IMG/VR virus record: IMGVR_UViG_3300025668_000786
Span: 6,751 to 70,750 of that record
DNA from: a virus
Reading direction: 5' to 3' (one strand)
Length of the DNA stretch: 64,000 bases
Below, in pieces: positions 58,875-64,000 of this stretch; the stretch's first letter is position 1, and every line of letters starts with the position of its first letter. The notes under the pieces were generated by a model that was not told the origin of the DNA, made no database searches, and saw only the letters and a list, made by a program, of their open reading frames with translations. The translations under genes were made by a program, and so were the position numbers.

Positions 58875-60026
58875 TTAAGTATTCGAGCCTAGTCCTAGAT
58901 TCGTATAATTAAACCCAACATCTAGATTATCAGGGCTTTTATGTTGTACGTCTAGGTCGTTAAAGTTAGTATAGGAATAGGTAGTAGTCACGTTTCCACC
59001 ACCAGCGTCACCCCCTCCGTAGCTTACGCTTGAGAGTCTGTTCTTTGTTCCTAAATCGAAAGCATATCCAGCCCTCATATGAATGAAAATCGTTTCTTCA
59101 GCAGTATTGTTTCCTACCTTGACGGGGTCTGCATCGAAAGATGGATTACCTTTTTCACTCGCTCCAACATAATCGCCAAGAGTTGTGATGGCTTCGATTT
59201 CACAAGAGACCTCGATGGGAAAGTTGGCAGGCCGGTAGTAAGGAACCTTACGCCCAAGCTCAAGAATTTCCTCTCGGGAAAAGTCGGTACTAATACTTAT
59301 GCTCTGAAGGTGAACAAGAGGTTCCGCAGTTCCAAGGTCTGCTGTGGTCGCACCGTTTGCTGCACCCGCGCCATTAACCCCTTGGATGCCTTCGGGAAGG
59401 ATAGACGACACGAGAATAACATCTTCGCGTCTTTGTACCCCTCCAGCACCACTACTCGCTGGCATATCTAATGAATCGAAGGCAAGTAAATCATCCGCTT
59501 CCATCTTGTGGTCCAATACGTCGGTAAGCCATTCCTTCTCGTTACCAACAAGGGTCATAGACTCCGTACAGTTACCGTCTGTAGGAATGGAATAACTAAC
59601 ACTAGATACATACATACCAGAACAATGGACTACAACCTGAGCCTCTTGACCAGTCAATACCCCAAGTACTTCTTTGGCTAGAGCGTTTTCGCCTTCGTCA
59701 AAGATACCAAGCCTTAAATCTGTTCTTTGTTTTGATCTATTTGCTAACTTTTTCGAACCGCCAAACACTCCAGTGGTAGCCAAATGGTAAAGCAAAGGGT
59801 TTCCATCCAGAACCTTCTCTAGTGTTACTTCAATGTCTGGAGTACCCTCGATGTTTTCGTAAATTTCAAGCTGACCAAGCTCAAAAGCTTGCTCTAGGTT
59901 AAAATTAGTAGTCATGCCAACGCTTTGCAAGCCGTGAACCACCTGGTCGGGATTTGGACCCGGTACTACACCACATTGGTTAAGGCTCACCCCTTGGCAG
60001 GCGTAAAATATTCTTTTGTTAGGCAT
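58875..60026 (-). CDS. Major tail tube protein
   Basis: Two duplicated units (GLQSVGMTTNFNLEQAFELGQ / HLQSISISTDFSREEILELGR); AGGAG SD, own promoter motif; synteny. Confidence 0.7.
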   Translation of the reverse strand: MPNKRIFYACQGVSLNQCGVVPGPNPDQVVHGLQSVGMTTNFNLEQAFELGQLEIYENIEGTPDIEVTLEKVLDGNPLLYHLATTGVFGGSKKLANRSKQRTDLRLGIFDEGENALAKEVLGVLTGQEAQVVVHCSGMYVSSVSYSIPTDGNCTESMTLVGNEKEWLTDVLDHKMEADDLLAFDSLDMPASSGAGGVQRREDVILVSSILPEGIQGVNGAGAANGATTADLGTAEPLVHLQSISISTDFSREEILELGRKVPYYRPANFPIEVSCEIEAITTLGDYVGASEKGNPSFDADPVKVGNNTAEETIFIHMRAGYAFDLGTKNRLSSVSYGGGDAGGGNVTTTYSYTNFNDLDVQHKSPDNLDVGFNYTNLGLGSNT

Positions 60027-60062
60027 TTTGATCTCTCCTTATGGAAATAAAGGTTACATTAA

Positions 60063-60071
60063 ATTATACAC
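60063..60071 (-). promoter_or_regulatory. Putative late promoter motif GTGTATAAT
   Basis: About 37 nt upstream of tail tube start. Confidence 0.55.
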
Positions 60072-60082
60072 AAAAAAGGCTT

Positions 60083-61051
60083 TTAAATGCTCGTCTTGAT
60101 ACCCTCAGTAGTAAACCTGACAACACCCCCGTATAGCTCACTCCCAAGAAATACCATCTCCTGTGTACTTCCCTTGGTAAGTCTTAGTGAAATACCGCCA
60201 TATTGATTTACCAAAGACGGATACCTTAAGGCTCCAGAGACTGGAACCCCCCTATAGTCTAATGGGAACTTAGAGGCTGCATTTATTGAGTTGCTATGGA
60301 AAAGCTCTATCTTTTTATCGTTTTGAAATGAGACTATATCCACCAGCTTGTTTCGAGTCATCTCATCTTCAGCGATGCAGTGGAAAATAACATCTGTATA
60401 CACCCATTGCCCACCACCAAGTTGATACCCCTTAAAAGACCTACCCGGAGCTATTTCTATGGCGATTGCAGGCAACTGTAATCTTGACTGTGGCGGCGTA
60501 TCCCACTCACCCTCTCCTTTACTAGAAAATGCAGAAGTAGGCTGATAAGTACTACGTTGTATCTCTCGCAACCAAGGTACATTATTGGCATAAACAAGAT
60601 TTATCCACTTGTAGCTATATTCTGCCTGAACTTTAGACCCCGTTGGTATAGCAGAATCAAACACTACACGACCATTAAAGTAATCTACGTGGTGTCCATA
60701 TGTACCAGTCGAAGTAATAGGATGAAAAACATCGTCCACATAAACCCCAGAAAGTCCTGGGTTTGTATTATCATCACCAACTATAGGGTTTGGAGAATAA
60801 GAAATTCCACTTTGCCAAACCCAATTTTTTCTAAAACCCTCCCAGACCTGACCTGTAGCATAATTGTCATCAGAAGAGAGTCTTAGATTGCTCACGTCTT
60901 CACCGTTTGGCGAAGTTTCTCCAAGTTCTACATTAAAATAATTACCCTTTTCCAGCAGGCACCAATCAAAGTATTCCAACAGACCGTCCTGAATTTCGTT
61001 GCTCAGGGTGGTGTCGTGTACCGATGTAAAACCTTTGAGTTGTGAAACCAT
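60083..61051 (-). CDS. Putative tail terminator/completion protein
   Basis: QLPAIAIE......GYQLGG....DVIFHC.AE....RNKL.DI pattern; upstream of tail tube. Confidence 0.55.
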   Translation of the reverse strand: MVSQLKGFTSVHDTTLSNEIQDGLLEYFDWCLLEKGNYFNVELGETSPNGEDVSNLRLSSDDNYATGQVWEGFRKNWVWQSGISYSPNPIVGDDNTNPGLSGVYVDDVFHPITSTGTYGHHVDYFNGRVVFDSAIPTGSKVQAEYSYKWINLVYANNVPWLREIQRSTYQPTSAFSSKGEGEWDTPPQSRLQLPAIAIEIAPGRSFKGYQLGGGQWVYTDVIFHCIAEDEMTRNKLVDIVSFQNDKKIELFHSNSINAASKFPLDYRGVPVSGALRYPSLVNQYGGISLRLTKGSTQEMVFLGSELYGGVVRFTTEGIKTSI

Positions 61052-61057
61052 TTGTTT

Positions 61058-61690
61058 TTACCTAAAAATTTGTTTGAATAGATCTTCTAGCGCCTTTTCC
61101 CTACCAATAAAGGCCCGTGTTATAAAGTTGTTTTCTGCCGTACCGGAAAATTGAGGAGGAACCCTCCAGGCTCCTTGTCTTACCATAATTCCGCCCTCTG
61201 ACCTACCAGAATCTGACTTTGGCTCGTATTTGTATCCAACCACAATCGTGGTATCGCCCTTAAGCATAAGCCACTCTAGAAAGTTTAACCTTGCAAAAGG
61301 ATAGTTTATTATCGAGCTAGCTGAAGAAATGATGTTATTGAAGTCTGTGGGTTGTATCTCTATATTGAGTCCACCTCTTAGTTTATTATCTACCTTTAAT
61401 ATTTTAACGTCTGTAGCCTGTATGACGGCCTCTGCTATGTCGTCCAGTACTCGAACCCCTTGACCCCCAACTAGACCAAATTGAGCATTAAGAGACAAGG
61501 AATCGCCCTCTGCTAGTAACGATGCTATCTCTGGCTGGACCCTAATCCACGTTGGGATAAGTCTCCGTAGAAGCATTTTGGCCTTAACCGTGTTCTTTTG
61601 TATGGTTTTGTTTATATCAATGGCGGCTGCTTGTAGTATGCGCCTCTCTATTTCTCTGTCGTTTTCAAGTATTTTAATGGATATGGACAT
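61058..61690 (-). CDS. Putative neck/head-tail protein
   Basis: C-terminal W.VPP..SGT..NNFITRA; TAATG overlap supports ATG at 61690. Confidence 0.5.
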   Translation of the reverse strand: MSISIKILENDREIERRILQAAAIDINKTIQKNTVKAKMLLRRLIPTWIRVQPEIASLLAEGDSLSLNAQFGLVGGQGVRVLDDIAEAVIQATDVKILKVDNKLRGGLNIEIQPTDFNNIISSASSIINYPFARLNFLEWLMLKGDTTIVVGYKYEPKSDSGRSEGGIMVRQGAWRVPPQFSGTAENNFITRAFIGREKALEDLFKQIFR

Positions 61691-62172
61691 TATGCGCGCT
61701 CCCAGAAACATCCAAAGTATCTATTTTGCCGTAGTCCCATTGGGAACGGCTCTCCTGTGCGCTGAAATCTCATTTCTTTTTTATCTTTTATATCTTTGTG
61801 AGCTATCAACTCTTTCGCCCTAACTATCTTCCCCAGGTCTGACGCAAAGAATATTGTTTGTATGGAATTATCAGGTAGGACAATGTTTCCACCCGTTTTT
61901 ACAAAGCTTTTACTATCCCAGTAAACTTTAAGTTTGATGTCTTCAGTCTTTTCCACCTCTTTAATGACCTTGTTTTGCCTTTTGTACTGCTCCGGCCCCC
62001 GTTTTCTATGTGAATTTATAGATTTGTTACTGGGGATATTATCGAAGGTGTTGGAGATTTCTTCGAACTTTTCCACATAAACAAGCTGACACGTAACCCC
62101 AAATATGGTAAATGTAGAATCTACCACATCGTAGTACTTGTCAAAAACACTTTCTGGGATTGAAACGGGCAT
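61690..62172 (-). CDS. Putative head closure/adaptor protein
   Basis: Size and synteny; C-terminal GEP.PMGL...RYF...WER. Confidence 0.5.
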   Translation of the reverse strand: MPVSIPESVFDKYYDVVDSTFTIFGVTCQLVYVEKFEEISNTFDNIPSNKSINSHRKRGPEQYKRQNKVIKEVEKTEDIKLKVYWDSKSFVKTGGNIVLPDNSIQTIFFASDLGKIVRAKELIAHKDIKDKKEMRFQRTGEPFPMGLRQNRYFGCFWERA

Positions 62173-62186
62173 ACTAAATTCCTATG

Positions 62187-62390
62187 CTAGGTAGTGGAGT
62201 CGCCGGTGTAGTATCTAACACCGCTGAATCTCGTGTCCAGCCTGGAGAATAGGGTTCCAGAAGACACAATAAGACCCGAAGGTTCGGGGTTATAGTCTTT
62301 GTACTCCCCTGTTTTTTGCACACTGACAACAACCGCACCGTTAACGATGGTGGTTATTGAACTATGAGCATGTGTTATTACGTCAGACAT
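62187..62390 (-). CDS. Small hypothetical protein
   Basis: GGAGAG SD; GTGTATA motif upstream. Confidence 0.6.
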   Translation of the reverse strand: MSDVITHAHSSITTIVNGAVVVSVQKTGEYKDYNPEPSGLIVSSGTLFSRLDTRFSGVRYYTGDSTT

Positions 62391-62497
62391 GATTTCTCTC
62401 CACAGAGTTAAAAGTTAATACTGATATCATATTTAAAAATCCTACTGTATGTATACACCTAATTGAAATTTTAATACGTTTGAATCTTACGTTTGGC

Positions 62498-62962
62498 CTA
62501 ATCTACGAACATTATAAATGGACTATAAACGTCTCTTTTTATCGTACAAAAAACGATGTCTGAAGCACAAGAGACTATGTCGTAATCGACCTCGAACCCT
62601 TCTGTACACAATAAGCATGGGCTTGTATCAGCAGTCGTGGCCCCAGATGGGGAATTTAGCAAGGCATCAGTTATTGCTAACATGGTGTAGGACGCGGGGC
62701 TGCTGCTTAAATCAATAGCTGTAATAAGATACGGATGGGTTTCTTCGTATGAACCTGGGACGGGCAACTCCATATCGTCTATGTAAACATAATCTCCTAC
62801 AAGAACCCGAGAGAAGTTTTCTTGTAAAGACACGGACATAGCTACGTCGTAATACGGTCCAGTTCCACCGCAATCGCCACCGCTACCGCCTGCGTCGGGT
62901 TTTGTCATTTCACCAGTCGCTACAACCTCTTGATATTTTTCTTTTCTTAAGTCGGTAGTCAT
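62498..62962 (-). CDS. Hypothetical Cys-containing protein, paralog of an N-terminal domain of the giant protein
   Basis: CGGTGPYYDV...YIDDMEL...CLLC...SC; TAATG overlap. Confidence 0.7.
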   Translation of the reverse strand: MTTDLRKEKYQEVVATGEMTKPDAGGSGGDCGGTGPYYDVAMSVSLQENFSRVLVGDYVYIDDMELPVPGSYEETHPYLITAIDLSSSPASYTMLAITDALLNSPSGATTADTSPCLLCTEGFEVDYDIVSCASDIVFCTIKRDVYSPFIMFVD

Positions 62963-63999
62963 TATTGTAGATCCTGTCCTATAATAAATCCGTCGAAGCT
63001 GGTTCCGGTGCTATTTGTACACAAAAATCCATAAACATCAACACGTGATCCGCCAGTGCTCATAACCGGCACTAAACCACGATCCCATTTTATTGAAGGG
63101 CCACTAGCCCAAGATACAGTTTTAGCTGATGCATTTTGTGTTATTCTTAAGATAAATCTCTGGCCCCTTTGGGCGTTTGAGAAGCTGATTGAAGTAACGT
63201 CAACACCTAGAGATACATTGTGGTAACTTCCACGACTTAGATCCAAAGCGATGGTTGCGTCTTCTACTGTGGGGGTATCGCTAGCTGGTATAGCTTCGTT
63301 TACATACACCCCTTCTTTGATAGCTAGTGTTGATTGTTCGCCGTGAATGCCTCCAGCAGGGTTAACGTTCCACGTTAGGACACAGTCAGTGTTGAAGCCG
63401 CTTGCCTGAATGAATGAATTAAGAGAATGTTGCAACTTAAGAGTATGGAACTTCCCCGCGCCTGAGAATGAACAGTCTGCATCACCGTAAACATTGCCAC
63501 CCATGCCCCCGATGTTCCAAACATTAATGTTGCCGCCATGCGCCTGAATCCCACTTGTCGACAAATTCCTTGTTATGGTCGCTCCACCCTGTACTATGAG
63601 GACTCCACTGTTATCAGCGGCACTGTTCCAGTTTCCTAACGTTTCCTTCGAGCTGGGTTGTGCTGAATCATCCGCAATGACGAGGCGACCACTAACTGTC
63701 ATCTCTTGCGCGTATGGGTAAGCGGTACTATAATTATCTCCATCACTAGTCGGAAGTCCATAAGCAATTCCTGACTCTACAGCAAAACTCTGATTGCTTG
63801 TTACCCAGGTGACTAGACCGTTGTTGGTAGTCGATGGGCTTACGGTTCTACCACCATTAGCGTCTGTGTAACCCCTTGCCCAGCCACTAATCGCCATGCC
63901 ACTTTCACCGATATCATTAGCCAGCGTGGTGCCGGTGCTGACAATAGTGCCATTCGCCCAACCGCTCACAGCATTACCGCTGGTGTAAAGCTTGTCGAT
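62962..63999 (-). CDS. Tail fibre-like protein (5' partial)
   Basis: Frame open to window end (IDKLYTSGNAVSGW...); C-terminal domain IALDLS.G.YH.V.L...F.N...GQ.F.L...Q....TVSW...IKW..G..P..S.....DVYGF is typical of phage fibre ends. Confidence 0.7.
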   Translation of the reverse strand: MDKLYTSGNAVSGWANGTIVSTGTTLANDIGESGMAISGWARGYTDANGGRTVSPSTTNNGLVTWVTSNQSFAVESGIAYGLPTSDGDNYSTAYPYAQEMTVSGRLVIADDSAQPSSKETLGNWNSAADNSGVLIVQGGATITRNLSTSGIQAHGGNINVWNIGGMGGNVYGDADCSFSGAGKFHTLKLQHSLNSFIQASGFNTDCVLTWNVNPAGGIHGEQSTLAIKEGVYVNEAIPASDTPTVEDATIALDLSRGSYHNVSLGVDVTSISFSNAQRGQRFILRITQNASAKTVSWASGPSIKWDRGLVPVMSTGGSRVDVYGFLCTNSTGTSFDGFIIGQDLQ

Positions 64000-64000
64000 G

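Noticed and set aside
24554-62718. Many 60-190-aa + strand ORFs opposite the structural genes, and - strand ORFs opposite 1-23 kb genes
   Set aside because: Fully nested antisense to long coherent genes, with no recognisable motifs

Overview
This window looks like part of a large (jumbo-type) tailed dsDNA phage genome, probably infecting a Planctomycetota/PVC-type host (inferred from a Tat-exported DUF1501 gene). It has two convergent blocks that meet at about 23.4 kb. The + strand block (1-23345) holds glf, DUF1501, a DnaE (Pol III alpha) split into two genes with a DEDDh exonuclease gene between them, ssb, a ~15 kb glycosyltransferase/nucleotide-sugar island, a Vsr/DUF559-like endonuclease and a possible annealing protein. 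The - strand block (23429-64000) is a virion morphogenesis module: head-tail connectors, tail tube, chaperones, a 2539-aa tape measure protein, a 4066-aa FG-GAP/LamG giant protein and further large tail proteins. Most notable: (1) three intergenic copies of a two-fold symmetric hairpin motif with differing, covarying stems, a conserved T-TCA-N5-YY-A loop on both arms and a covarying 2-bp core; (2) the tripartite DnaE-N/exonuclease/DnaE-C replicase; (3) selective Ser-Gly enrichment in some virion proteins, alongside a large glycosylation island; (4) a tape measure protein carrying a nuclease-like cargo between repeated GG motifs. All calls come from motif recognition by eye; no searches were run. 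No tRNA, rRNA or CRISPR array was recognised.
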